From Thermoanaerobaculia bacterium (GTDB taxonomy: Bacteria > Acidobacteriota > Thermoanaerobaculia > Gp7-AA8): a stretch of DNA of 64,000 nucleotides. The notes under the pieces are model-generated. The model was given only the letters and a program-made list of their open reading frames with translations, made no database searches and was not told where the DNA came from. Below are positions 1 to 9,256 of the stretch, in pieces (the first letter of the stretch is position 1; the number at the start of each line of letters is the position of its first letter). The position numbers and the translations under genes were made by a program. The stretch lies in NCBI GenBank assembly GCA_034665065.1, contig JAXDGL010000014.1, positions 4,916 through 68,915 of the forward strand, written 5' to 3'.

Positions 1-1614
1 AAGGACACGAAGTGCCGAAGGTCGGTCGAAGGACCCCCGCCCTTCCGGCATATGGGCGGGGGGTCCTTCGACCGTCCTCCGCCGCGATGCCTGGCGGTCG
101 TAAAGGTGGCGCGGAACGGCGCGGCTTCGGCGGCTCAGGATGACAGCGAGCATGACGACCGCGACGAGAGCCAGGCTTCCTACCGTCGCTGCGGCGTTCG
201 GGCGGATGAAGCTCGGCATCAGCCGCGAGAAGTCGCTGCGCCACGTCTCGCTCAACGATTCGCCGATGAAGTTCTCTCCCGTGGCGAGATGGAAGAGCCG
301 CCAGGGAAACACCGCGCCGTGCACGACGAGCATCATCGTCCATCCTGTGATGACGGCACGCGCACCGGCGCCTGCACGTTGCCACATGGCGGCGGCGCCG
401 AGGGCAAGGACGGGCATGAGGACGACGATGTAGCGGAGGGGAGGAGACCAACCGCCGTGCCATTCCGATCGCGGAACGAGATAGATGATGTAGAGCAACG
501 ATGTGCTGATGCCCAACCGGAACCCCTCGGGCATCTCGCGCCATCGCGGCAACGCGGCGATGGCCAGCGTGTAGAGCGGCGCTTGAAACAGAAGACCGGC
601 TGCGCCATCGAGCACGAGGCCGAAGAGGCCGAGCCAATACCACGACCATCCATTCGGCATCAGCTCGCGCCACGAGTGCGTGTTGATCGGGTTGCCCGTG
701 ATCAGCCACGCCACGACGAGCGGGATGGCCACCACCGCGCCGGCGATCGCCAGTTGCCTGCGCGTGCGCAGCGCGCGCGCGAGCAGCACGATCGCGAGCA
801 GGCCGAAGCGGATCTTGAGGAGGACCAGAGCGAAGATCGCGGCGATCCAGCGCGGCGGACGCCGTTGCCTCACGCCGCGCAACGCTTCGAGAAAACAAAA
901 TGCGGCCGGCACTTCCGGCCAGATACGCGTGACGTAGAAAACGATCGGCGGACCGAACGCGATGAGTGGAAAGAGCGCGCGCGTAGTGGAATCGTCGATG
1001 CCTTCGTCTTCGAGAAAGCGAATCGTCGATCGAGCCAGGAGCGCTCCGAACAACGCGATCACGGCGATGGCACCGGGAACGCCACCGAGCGCGTAGCCGG
1101 GCGCAAGGAGGATCGGGAGAAATGGCTCGTGACGCGAGTACTGCTCGCCGTGTGGCCCACGCGGATCGCCGGTTTGCGGAACGAGATCGGGACGCTCGGT
1201 GTCGGAGTGCGCGATATCGCGGTATTGGTTGGCAAGATCGAGATCGTGATCGCGCACCAGCGACTCGGTCATCAGCAGGTAGTACGGCTCGTCGCCGTCG
1301 ATCGGCGTGCGAAGCTGGAGCGGAATCATCACGGCGTAACCGATCGCCGCGATGAGGAAGGCACGGTTCGCGCTCCAACGCACCTCGCTCGAAAACGCGA
1401 GGAGGGCCAGCGGAATGGCGAGGATGATTGCGCCGGCGCAGACGAGGAGCAGATAGGGATCGGAATCCGCGCGAAGCACGCGTCCCCACGAAAACAAAAT
1501 GGCGAACGCGATCACCACACCGAGCTCCGTTGCCAGAGAGCGGCGAAGTGCGCGTCCACGCAACGCCACGAGAGGCATGGCAATCGCGGCGAAAACGAAC
1601 AAGGTCAGTTTCAT
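1..1614 (-). CDS. Polytopic membrane protein, partial (3' end lies beyond the left window edge); possibly a GT-C-type (ArnT/PMT-like) glycosyltransferase
   Basis: The reverse strand reads ATG(1614..1612) MKLTLFVFAAIAMPLVAL followed by many hydrophobic helices. Its start overlaps the stop of the upstream minus-strand gene in an ATGA arrangement. The ORF is absent from the track because it has no in-window stop. The plus-strand ORF 52..1662 is R/D-rich antisense noise. Confidence 0.5.
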   Translation of the reverse strand, partial: MKLTLFVFAAIAMPLVALRGRALRRSLATELGVVIAFAILFSWGRVLRADSDPYLLLVCAGAIILAIPLALLAFSSEVRWSANRAFLIAAIGYAVMIPLQLRTPIDGDEPYYLLMTESLVRDHDLDLANQYRDIAHSDTERPDLVPQTGDPRGPHGEQYSRHEPFLPILLAPGYALGGVPGAIAVIALFGALLARSTIRFLEDEGIDDSTTRALFPLIAFGPPIVFYVTRIWPEVPAAFCFLEALRGVRQRRPPRWIAAIFALVLLKIRFGLLAIVLLARALRTRRQLAIAGAVVAIPLVVAWLITGNPINTHSWRELMPNGWSWYWLGLFGLVLDGAAGLLFQAPLYTLAIAALPRWREMPEGFRLGISTSLLYIIYLVPRSEWHGGWSPPLRYIVVLMPVLALGAAAMWQRAGAGARAVITGWTMMLVVHGAVFPWRLFHLATGENFIGESLSETWRSDFSRLMPSFIRPNAAATVGSLALVAVVMLAVILSRRSRAVPRHLYDRQASRRRTVEGPPAHMPEGRGSFDRPSALRVL

Positions 1615-2858
1615 CGCGGCGGAAACTCGACCGACTCCACTTGCAGCAGGGAGTCGGAATGAAGATCGGGCGCGGCGATGACGCGAAGCAAGGCGATGTC
1701 CGGTCCGCACACGATCGTCGTCCGTCCCGCGGCAAAGAGCCAGGCACTCGCGCCATAGCCGCGAATCTCGCCGGGCGAAAATCGAGGGAACGCGTTACGC
1801 GATGCGAAAAATTGTTCGCGCCTCATGAAGCCGAAGTCGGCGGTGTCGCCGATGCGAATGGGTTGGCGCGTGATTCGGCCATGCGGATCAATCGCTTCGA
1901 TCGTGCCGATCAGACGGCCCGATCGAAAGCGCTCGATGTGTCCTCCCACCGTCGTCACGACTGCCGCACGCACATGCGGCGGCACGCCGATCGTCAGCGA
2001 CTCGCCCGCCGCCAGTGCTCGGGCGGCGGGAAGCGTCTCTCCAACCGCTGGCTGGTAGTTTCGAACCAGAGGCAGCGAGCGAGCCACGATCCCGCTCCAA
2101 GGCCAGAGCGCGAAGATCGCCAGCGCCGCCGCGTACGAAACGAAGCGCATGCGATCGAGAAGAGGAACGAAGAACGCGAGCGCAACAGCGACGTAGACCG
2201 TCGCCAGCGAGTAGCGCGCGAAACAGGCGCAGACGAGAAACAGCGCGCCCCCGAGCACCATCGCAGCATCCCGAACACGCGACGATCGGGCCTCAAGCGT
2301 ACCTTCGAACGAAGTCGCCAACGCGCGAACGCCAAACATCAGCAGCGCGACCGCGAACGGCAGCAGCGTCATCATCCCCGCATGCGCCGGCGTCGCCACC
2401 GCGACGATAAGTACGCCGATCAGGAACGCTGGCGTCCCGCCGGCTGGCCCGGCGGCGTCCCGCCGCCGCGGCATCGCGTAAAGCAACGCCACGCTGCCCG
2501 CCAATACTGCCAGCTCGCGCAGGATCCGAACATCGCCCAGAGGAATCCAACGGAACAGGATGATTCCTGCGACCGTCAGCGCGATCTCCGGCGGCGAGAC
2601 GCCGCCGGGCCAGCCGGCGGGACGCGGGCGTTCCAGCGCGGTCGTCGCCATCGCGGCGGTTCCGTAGGCAGCGGCCACGATCACGCCATAGGCAAGAAGC
2701 CGCGTCCGCTCCTCCGTCAGCGTCATCATCGCCGCCACCAGCAGCGGCAACGCGCACAGAATGACAGCCGCCCACGGCGTTTTCCGCGCCGCCCACGCGC
2801 AGACGAGCACGAGCGCGGCGACAAGCGGAAGGTGAGTATCGATCGGAGTCGTCAGCAC
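1611..2858 (-). CDS. Membrane protein with about 250 aa of N-terminal TM helices and a C-terminal soluble domain; function unknown
   Basis: 415-aa ORF with a hydrophobic N-terminal half. It is translationally coupled to the downstream membrane-protein gene through a 4-nt overlap. Confidence 0.55.
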   Translation of the reverse strand: MLTTPIDTHLPLVAALVLVCAWAARKTPWAAVILCALPLLVAAMMTLTEERTRLLAYGVIVAAAYGTAAMATTALERPRPAGWPGGVSPPEIALTVAGIILFRWIPLGDVRILRELAVLAGSVALLYAMPRRRDAAGPAGGTPAFLIGVLIVAVATPAHAGMMTLLPFAVALLMFGVRALATSFEGTLEARSSRVRDAAMVLGGALFLVCACFARYSLATVYVAVALAFFVPLLDRMRFVSYAAALAIFALWPWSGIVARSLPLVRNYQPAVGETLPAARALAAGESLTIGVPPHVRAAVVTTVGGHIERFRSGRLIGTIEAIDPHGRITRQPIRIGDTADFGFMRREQFFASRNAFPRFSPGEIRGYGASAWLFAAGRTTIVCGPDIALLRVIAAPDLHSDSLLQVESVEFPPR

Positions 2859-3790
2859 ATCGCGTTCTCGGCGGGATTACGCGCCCACTCCGGATCGAAG
2901 CCTTCGATCGTCTCCGGTGTCACGGTGGCGCGATAGACGATGCGGGCATCGCCGCGAAGCTGCACATCGCGCGGCAGGCCGTCTTCGATCGTGAACGATA
3001 CTTCGAGCGTGATTCCGCTTCGCGTCAGCACCTTCACCGGCGACGACGCCTTATGAAGAAGCGCGCTGGTCACGGCGGATGCGACGACACCGGAGCCGCA
3101 GGAAAGCGTCTCCGCTTCTACGCCGCGCTCATACGTTCGCACTTCGATCGATCCGCGGTCGCGCACGACGACGAAATTCACATTCGCGCCCGCGGGCTGA
3201 AGATCGGGATGGGAACGAAGCGCCTGCCCCAGTGGCACGATGTCCTGCGCCCAGAGGTTGTCGCGCAGAAAGACGACATAGTGCGGCACGCCGACGAGGA
3301 TCGAGTTACCTCGAATCGTCGTGCCGCCGACAGCAAGCGAGCGGGATCCGAACCCACTCGGCGGCGGCAGGGACAGCGTCACTTGCCCACCGTCGCTCAC
3401 TTCGGCGCCAATCACACCCGCGCCGGTCTCGATCGTCATCCGCTTCGGCGCGATCACGTTGACGAACGCGAACCGCGCCGCGCATCGAGTTCCATTCGCG
3501 CAGAAGTCGGCGGCGGAGCCGTCGGCATTGAGATAACGCATGCGGAACGTCGCCCGCCCCGTGTTCTCGATCAGGATGACTCCATCGGCACCCACCGACA
3601 GATGGGGCGTGCAGATGCGCCGCGTAAACGCGGCGGCATCTCCGATGCGGCCGGAGCGGTTATCGATGATGACGAAGTCGTTTCCTCCTCCGGCCATCTT
3701 CGTGAACGTCAACGGATCTTGTTTCGGTGCTGGTGTTTGCATGGATTGATCGAGAGCGGCGAACGTGCCGGAGCAGCCGGAAGTTTTCAC
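2852..3790 (-). CDS. dapF: Diaminopimelate epimerase
   Basis: Carries the FTKMAGGGNDFVIID N-terminal motif and both catalytic Cys motifs (FCANGTRC and SCGSGVVAS). The true start may be the internal MQTP Met about 16 codons downstream. Confidence 0.85.
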   Translation of the reverse strand: MKTSGCSGTFAALDQSMQTPAPKQDPLTFTKMAGGGNDFVIIDNRSGRIGDAAAFTRRICTPHLSVGADGVILIENTGRATFRMRYLNADGSAADFCANGTRCAARFAFVNVIAPKRMTIETGAGVIGAEVSDGGQVTLSLPPPSGFGSRSLAVGGTTIRGNSILVGVPHYVVFLRDNLWAQDIVPLGQALRSHPDLQPAGANVNFVVVRDRGSIEVRTYERGVEAETLSCGSGVVASAVTSALLHKASSPVKVLTRSGITLEVSFTIEDGLPRDVQLRGDARIVYRATVTPETIEGFDPEWARNPAENAMC

Positions 3791-3932
3791 GCTGGACGCT
3801 GGTTCCGACCGGCGGCTTATTCTCGCATGTAACGGCGCGCTCTCCCGATTCGTCTAGAACGTGGGACGCACCAACCGGGTAAGGGCCTTTGTCCGCAACG
3901 TCCGGCATCTCACTATCATCGGAGCACACTTC

Positions 3933-5642
3933 GTGAAACGACTTCGCTTCACTCGCGCTACCTCGGCCATCCTCATCGCCGCTTTCACCGTTGGACCTCT
4001 TGCCGCACAGCAGAAGAGTCCCCAAACACCCGCGGAACAGCCCAAGCTCGTCGAGAACATTGACGTGCACGTGATCGGCGTCGACGTCGTCGTCACGGAC
4101 AGGAAGGGCAATCCGATCACCGGTCTGACGAAAGACGATTTCCGGATTTTCGAGAACGGCCAGGAAAAATCGATCTCGAATTTCTATGAGATCGACGGAA
4201 AGACCGCCAAACCGGCCATTCCCGTGACCGTGCCTGGAGCTACGCCAGCGCTGCCGGCAACGGCCCCCGCGCCGAGAGAAGAAGTCAACGAACAACTGCG
4301 CCGCCGCATCATTTTCTATATCGACAACCTCTCGCTGGCGCCCTTCAACCGCAACCGCGTCTTCAAGCAGATGAAGGAGTTCGTCCAGAACGTCATGCGT
4401 CCCGGCGACGAGGCTATGGTGGCGACGTACAACCGCAGCCTCAAGATCCGCGTGCCCTTTACGCGCGACGCCGTACAGATCCAGCAAACGCTTGATTCCA
4501 TCGCCGGTGAATCCGCCCTCGGAACATCCAACCGCAGCGAAGTCAAAGACGTCATCGGCCGCATTCGCGACGCCTCGACCTACGATGATGCGGTTTCCAC
4601 AGCCCGCTCCTACGCGCAATCCGTCGACCATGACCTGCGGCAGAGCGTCGAGTCGATCAACGGGCTTCTGACGACACTTGCCGGCGTCGAGGGGAAAAAA
4701 CTTCTCGTACTCACGACGGAAGGCTTTCAGATCCAGCCGGGACGCGAAGTCTTCACGATGATCGATGAAGTATCGCGCGAGAAAGGGTGGCAATCGAGCG
4801 CGATGCTCGAAGCGATGTCGTTCAACGGCAACTCGCTGATCGAGTCCATCGCCAAGACCGCGAACGCCAACGGCATCACGCTCTACGCGATCCATGCGGG
4901 CGGCCTGGCAGCAGGCGGCGAAGGGATGACCGCCGACAACCAGCAGGCCATTTCCTACAACGTCACGTCTGCTGCGCTATCGAACACCACGGAATCGCTC
5001 CAGATCCTGGCCGAGCTCACCGGCGGCCTGGCAACATCGCGCACGAACAATTTCGCCGGCGCGTTCAAGAACATCGAGCGCGATCTCGATTCCTACTACT
5101 CCCTCGGATATCGCGCCGGAACCGAGCGCGTCGATCGCCAGCGTACGCTCGAGGTGCGCGTCAAGAACAAAGCGTGGAACGTCCGCAACCGTCAGACATT
5201 CGTCGAGAAGTCGACGTTCCAGGACATGAGCGACCGCGTCATCGCCAATCTGCTTTACCGCACAAAGGCGAACGACCTCGGCGTGCGCGTCGTGGTGAAA
5301 GAGCCGACTCCGGCCGACGAGCTTTTCAAGATCCCGGTGGAAGTGCAGATCCCGGTCGACAACCTCACGCTCATCCAGCAGGGCGAAGCCTACATGGGCG
5401 GATTCTCGATCTACGTCGTCGTCGGCAACAAGGATGGCGACATGTCGGACGTCTCCCGCAAGTCGCACCAGATCACGATCCCGGTCAGCGATTTTCCGAA
5501 GACCAAAGGCAAGTACTACACGTACACGCTCGACCTGATGTGCGAGCGCGGACTGAACAAGATCTCGATCGGTGTCGTCGACGATGTCTCGAACATCAGC
5601 GGCTTCGACCGGCAGCAAGTGATCGCGCAGGATCTTCGATAG
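3933..5642 (+). CDS. Secreted VWA-domain protein of the acidobacterial VWFA-related type
   Basis: Probable GTG start at codon 25 of track ORF 3861..5642, preceded by GGAG. It has a signal peptide (KRLRFTRATSAILIAAFTVGPLAAQQ) and the family-typical block VDVVVTDRKGNPITGLTKDDFRIFENGQEKSISNF, followed by a VWA-like core. Confidence 0.8.
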   Translation: MKRLRFTRATSAILIAAFTVGPLAAQQKSPQTPAEQPKLVENIDVHVIGVDVVVTDRKGNPITGLTKDDFRIFENGQEKSISNFYEIDGKTAKPAIPVTVPGATPALPATAPAPREEVNEQLRRRIIFYIDNLSLAPFNRNRVFKQMKEFVQNVMRPGDEAMVATYNRSLKIRVPFTRDAVQIQQTLDSIAGESALGTSNRSEVKDVIGRIRDASTYDDAVSTARSYAQSVDHDLRQSVESINGLLTTLAGVEGKKLLVLTTEGFQIQPGREVFTMIDEVSREKGWQSSAMLEAMSFNGNSLIESIAKTANANGITLYAIHAGGLAAGGEGMTADNQQAISYNVTSAALSNTTESLQILAELTGGLATSRTNNFAGAFKNIERDLDSYYSLGYRAGTERVDRQRTLEVRVKNKAWNVRNRQTFVEKSTFQDMSDRVIANLLYRTKANDLGVRVVVKEPTPADELFKIPVEVQIPVDNLTLIQQGEAYMGGFSIYVVVGNKDGDMSDVSRKSHQITIPVSDFPKTKGKYYTYTLDLMCERGLNKISIGVVDDVSNISGFDRQQVIAQDLR

Positions 5643-5707
5643 GATCGCGGCTCCACATGCGGTAGAGGTTTGGCACGACTTCGCGGTTTCCGAGGTAGCC
5701 TCGGGAT

Positions 5708-5935
5708 GTGAAGTTGCTCAACAAACACAAGTCGCTTCTCGCTGAACGCTTCGGAGAAGCAGCGCGCGAGAGTGCGATTCTTTGGTTCGTCTTTTCGGCG
5801 CTTGATGCTTTGGTCAGCCGAGGGTTGACGTTCACATGGTTCCTGTCGAACACATCCGGCGCTCTTGTAGTTTGGGCATTGGGGATTTACTTTGAGATCG
5901 TAGCTAAGGAGATCGCTGGAAAGGAGGTCGTATGA
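5708..5935 (+). CDS. Small membrane protein (75 aa, about 2 TM helices)
   Basis: GTG start with an upstream GAGG. The sequence is hydrophobic (ILWFVFSALDALV ... ALVVWALGIYFEIVA). Its stop overlaps the ATG of the next micro-ORF in an ATGA arrangement. Confidence 0.45.
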   Translation: MKLLNKHKSLLAERFGEAARESAILWFVFSALDALVSRGLTFTWFLSNTSGALVVWALGIYFEIVAKEIAGKEVV

Positions 5936-6087
5936 ATCCGATGTACTACGGAACTTTCGCGTTTCTTGCGTTCTCCAGCTTTTTCATCATTGGAGGGTTT
6001 TGGGCCATCCACGGTCTGAAAAAGGACAAGCGCGAGCGCGATGCCGCTAACGCAGCGTCAGGATCTCAGTCACGTCCCGCTGAATGA
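5932..6087 (+). CDS. Micro-protein, 51 aa, single TM helix with a basic tail (paralog A)
   Basis: A strong AGGAGG lies 5 nt upstream of the ATG. The product is MNPMYYGTFAFLAFSSFFIIGGFWAIHGLKKDKRERDAANAASGSQSRPAE. It is below the 60-aa cutoff of the track. Confidence 0.5.
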   Translation: MNPMYYGTFAFLAFSSFFIIGGFWAIHGLKKDKRERDAANAASGSQSRPAE

Positions 6088-6210
6088 ATCGCTCTTTTGT
6101 TATTTTGGCGTGCAATGACGATCCGGCCGAAGGAGCACTCATGAGTCCACACGCAATTCCAGCGGTAATGGTCCTGTCGTTTGTTACTCCGCTCTTCGCC
6201 GTACGCGACC

Positions 6211-6351
6211 TTGCCATTCGTCATGTTCGGCAGTTTTCTATTCGTCGCAGGTTTGTGGTCGATTCATAAGATCCGGAGGGAGGAAGCCCAAAAGCGCCCG
6301 ATCGGGTTCTCTACCGCGGAACCGGAATCTCGTTCACGATCCGCTGAATGA
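6211..6351 (+). CDS. Micro-protein paralog B (about 43-47 aa); start uncertain; its 3' end overlaps the MoxR gene by about 40 nt
   Basis: The frame encodes ..PFVMFGSFLFVAGLWSIHKIRREEAQKRPIGFSTAEPESRSRSAE*, clearly homologous to paralog A (FxSF[FL]..GG[FL]W[AS]IH.[LI][KR][KR][DE] ... SR[PS]AE*). An overlapping alternative frame at 6141..6269 (MSPHAIPAVMVLSFVTPLFAV.., with a GAAGGAG RBS) is also open. A frameshift or dual coding is possible. Confidence 0.35.
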   Translation: MPFVMFGSFLFVAGLWSIHKIRREEAQKRPIGFSTAEPESRSRSAE

Positions 6352-7273
6352 ACCGTTGCTCCGGCGAGCTGTCGGCGCGCAGCAGGCGACGATCCTTCAT
6401 CACGATTCGATGCGATAACACCGGAACTGCCAGCCGCTTCACATCTTCAGGAATCACGAAGTCGCGTCCATTGACCATGGCCAGCGCCTGACACGCTTTG
6501 AAATACGTCAGCGCGCCGCGCGTCGACACGCCCAATGCCGCCTCGGCGTGCGTGCGCGTCGTCTCGATGATTGCCATCAGATAGTCGACCAGCGACTCGT
6601 TCACGTGAATCGTCGACACCTGCGCCTGCAGATCGCGCACTTCCTGCTCGTCGAGAACCGGCTCGAGATGTTCCAGCGCATCCTGTCCTCCTCCCGACCG
6701 GAGAAGCTTCTTCTCGTCAGTTGGATTCGGATAGCCGATCGTCAGCTTCATCAGGAAGCGGTCGAGTTGCGACTCGGGCAGCGGATAGGTGCCGACGTGC
6801 TCGATTGGATTCTGCGTCGCAAGCACCATGAACGGATCAGGAAGCGGCAATCGCTTTTTTTCGATCGAGATCATCCCCTCGCTCATCGCTTCCAGCAACG
6901 CCGACTGCGACTTCGGCGTCGCGCGATTGATCTCATCCGCGAGGAGCACGTTCGTGAACACAGGACCGGAGATGAACTCGAACTCCTGCGCATCCTGGTT
7001 GTAGATCGTGACGCCGACGATGTCCGCGGGCAGCAAGTCGCTCGTGAACTGGATGCGCTGAAACGACAGCGACAGCGAGCGGGCTAACGCGTGCGCAAGC
7101 ATCGTCTTGCCGACGCCGGGCACATCTTCGAGGAGGATGTGGCCTTTCGCCAGAAGGGCGGCGATGCACAACTGCACCACCTCGCTCTTGCCGCGGATCA
7201 CGCGCTCGACATTCGCATGGAGAGCGGCGATCTTCTCGAACGTCGGGTGGCGTGTGACCGGTTGCGTCGTCAT
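6311..7273 (-). CDS. MoxR-family AAA+ ATPase
   Basis: Walker A (DVPGVGKT), Walker B (LLADEINRA) and the ATQNPIE..GTYPLPESQLDRF sensor region are present. Confidence 0.9.
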   Translation of the reverse strand: MTTQPVTRHPTFEKIAALHANVERVIRGKSEVVQLCIAALLAKGHILLEDVPGVGKTMLAHALARSLSLSFQRIQFTSDLLPADIVGVTIYNQDAQEFEFISGPVFTNVLLADEINRATPKSQSALLEAMSEGMISIEKKRLPLPDPFMVLATQNPIEHVGTYPLPESQLDRFLMKLTIGYPNPTDEKKLLRSGGGQDALEHLEPVLDEQEVRDLQAQVSTIHVNESLVDYLMAIIETTRTHAEAALGVSTRGALTYFKACQALAMVNGRDFVIPEDVKRLAVPVLSHRIVMKDRRLLRADSSPEQRFIQRIVNEIPVPR

Positions 7274-7338
7274 TTCAGAGTGTCCGATGCAACAGAGGTG
7301 ACCGGCACGTCATTTCGACGCGCCGGCGCCACCGTACG

Positions 7339-9042
7339 TCACAACTTCTTGAAGTGCGGCCCACCCCCACCTTCCGGCGGAACCCACGTGATGACCTGAT
7401 ACGGATCCATGATGTCGCACGTTTTGCAGTGAAAGCAGTTCGTGAAATTGAGGAATGGCACTTTCCCGCGGCCATCGGCGGTCGGCTGCGGCTCGTAGAC
7501 CTGCGCCGGACAGAAGTGAAAGCAGGGATTGCCGAACTCCTCGGTGCAGCGCGTGATGCAGACTTCGGTGTCGGCGATCAAAAGATGCGCCGGTTGGTTC
7601 TCTTCGTGAATGACGCCGCCGTTATAAACGTCGGTGACTTTGTCGAACGTAAGCACGCCGTCGAACTTCATCTTCTCCGGCGGATGCGGATGATCAGCTC
7701 CGAAGTAACGCTGGATGCGCTCCATCCGCTCGTGACCAGCATGTCCTTCGAGACGGTTCATGGCGCCGTAGCCGCGGCCGCCCGTCACGATACTGAGGCC
7801 CGCGTTGACCAATCCCGCGAGCTGCCCGTATTCGAACGCCTGATGGAAATTGCGCTCTTTCCAGAGCTCTTCGCGCGCCCATGACGCTTCGAATATCGCT
7901 TCGTATTCGCTCAGTTGCGCGGTCGAGTAATCCTCGTTGAGGAGCGCATGAAACGCCGACTCCGCGGCCATCGATCCCGACTTGATGCCCAAGTGAATAC
8001 CTTTGAGACGTGCGCCATTGAGGTAGCCGGCGGAATCACCGGCGATGAGAAACCCTGGACCGTACGCGCGCGGCATCGAGAAGTAGCCGCCTTCAGGAAT
8101 CGCTTTGGCGCCGGCGCTGATCATCTTGCCGCCTTCGAGCAGCGGCCGGATCGAGGGATGCGTCTTGTAACGTTGAAACTCGTGATGCGGATCGAGCGTG
8201 GGATCTTTGTAATCGAGACCGACGACGAGTCCGATATCGACGATGCGATCCTTCATCCCGTAGATGAAACCGCCGCCGAATGTGTCGCCGTCGAGCGGCC
8301 AGCCGAGCGTATGAATCACGTTGCCGAGCGGAAAACGATCGTCGGGGAGTTGCCACAGCTCTTTCACGCCGACGGAGTACACCTGCGGATTCTTCCCCGC
8401 ATACAGATCGAAAAGGCTGGCCAGTTGTTTCGTGAGCGTGCCGCGCGGACCTTCGGCAAGAATCGTGACCTTGGCGCGGATGTCGACGCCCGGCTCGAAA
8501 TTCGGCTTCGGCTGCCCGTTCTTGTCGATCCCTTTGTCGCCGGTGCGGACGCCGACGACGCGACCTTCCTCGACCAGCACACGTGACGCCGCAAACTCCG
8601 CGAAGAGATCGACGCCCATTTCGCCAACGATCGGCGCCATCCATCGAACGAATTCTCCGAGCGAGATGACGTAGTTGCCGTGGTTCTGCAGCGGTGGCGG
8701 CATAATCGGGGCCGCGATCTTCATGTTCTCGAAGAGGTACCAGAAGCCGTCGTCGGTGACGGGCGACTCGATCGGGCAACCGCGCTCGAGCCAGTCGGGC
8801 ATCAGCTCGGCGATGCCGCGCGGATCCATAACCGCACCGGAGATGCCGTGCGAGCCGATCTCCTGCCCCTTTTCGAGCACCGCGATCGACAGACCTTCCA
8901 GCTTCTTTTCGGCGCTCGACTCGTTGTGCGCTTTCACCAGTTCGGCGAGGCGGTACGCCGCGGCCAGGCCGGCAGGTCCCGCACCGACGATCACCACATC
9001 GACTTCGAGGGTCTCCCGCTCGATGCCGGGAAGTTCAGCCAT
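7339..9042 (-). CDS. Electron-transfer flavoprotein:ubiquinone oxidoreductase (ETF-QO/FixC-like, with a C-terminal 4Fe-4S ferredoxin-like domain)
   Basis: FAD-binding N-terminus (VDVVIVGAGPAGLAAA) and a C-terminal Cys cluster (CITRCTEEFGNPCFHFCPAQVY ... CFHCKTCD) typical of ETF-QO. Confidence 0.9.
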   Translation of the reverse strand: MAELPGIERETLEVDVVIVGAGPAGLAAAYRLAELVKAHNESSAEKKLEGLSIAVLEKGQEIGSHGISGAVMDPRGIAELMPDWLERGCPIESPVTDDGFWYLFENMKIAAPIMPPPLQNHGNYVISLGEFVRWMAPIVGEMGVDLFAEFAASRVLVEEGRVVGVRTGDKGIDKNGQPKPNFEPGVDIRAKVTILAEGPRGTLTKQLASLFDLYAGKNPQVYSVGVKELWQLPDDRFPLGNVIHTLGWPLDGDTFGGGFIYGMKDRIVDIGLVVGLDYKDPTLDPHHEFQRYKTHPSIRPLLEGGKMISAGAKAIPEGGYFSMPRAYGPGFLIAGDSAGYLNGARLKGIHLGIKSGSMAAESAFHALLNEDYSTAQLSEYEAIFEASWAREELWKERNFHQAFEYGQLAGLVNAGLSIVTGGRGYGAMNRLEGHAGHERMERIQRYFGADHPHPPEKMKFDGVLTFDKVTDVYNGGVIHEENQPAHLLIADTEVCITRCTEEFGNPCFHFCPAQVYEPQPTADGRGKVPFLNFTNCFHCKTCDIMDPYQVITWVPPEGGGGPHFKKL

Positions 9043-9068
9043 GCATTCGCTCCTTCAGAAACGTCGGG

Positions 9069-9256
9069 GCATTCTATACGGGGGGTGGGTTGTGGAGGGT
9101 GGGGAGTGGGAGAAAGGCATCAACGGAATTCGCGGATCAGAGTGAAACAGATCGCGAATCGATCATCGCACCTCCACTACTCCATCAACTCCGCCCACTC
9201 CAATCGCAAAATCCTCTCTTCCACTCCCCGCTCCCCATCACACTGCTATCCTTAGC
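9069..9256. repeat. Imperfect inverted repeat of a G-rich arm (plus strand) and a C-rich arm flanking a spacer of about 100 nt, in the divergent ETF-QO/wecA-like intergenic region
   Basis: GGGGGGTGGGTTGTGGAGGGTGGGGAGTGGGAGAAAGG at about 9074-9112 is matched by CCTCTCTTCCACTCCCCGCTCCCCATCACACT at about 9224-9255 (about 75% complementary). A further CCACTCC-type repeat lies at 9180-9214. Confidence 0.35.

Noticed and set aside
52-1662. Long plus-strand ORF (536 aa) rich in R/D/E/H
   Set aside because: Its composition is that of antisense GC-rich coding DNA. A coherent membrane-protein gene with a clean ATGA-coupled start is on the opposite strand.
3660-4895. 411-aa minus-strand ORF antisense to the VWA gene
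   Set aside because: R/D-rich, low-complexity translation with no recognisable motifs. The plus-strand VWA-family protein explains the region.
5643-5706. Short hairpin CCGAGG-TAGC-CCTCGG after the VWA gene, considered as a terminator
   Set aside because: The 6-bp stem has no following T-tract and lies within the putative RBS region of the next small ORF, so it is too weak to call.
6061-6360. 11-nt identical DNA motif CGCTGAATGAA occurring twice 270 nt apart; first considered a repeat or binding site
   Set aside because: Explained by the homologous C-termini (..AE-stop) of the two paralogous micro-ORFs. It is not an independent DNA repeat.
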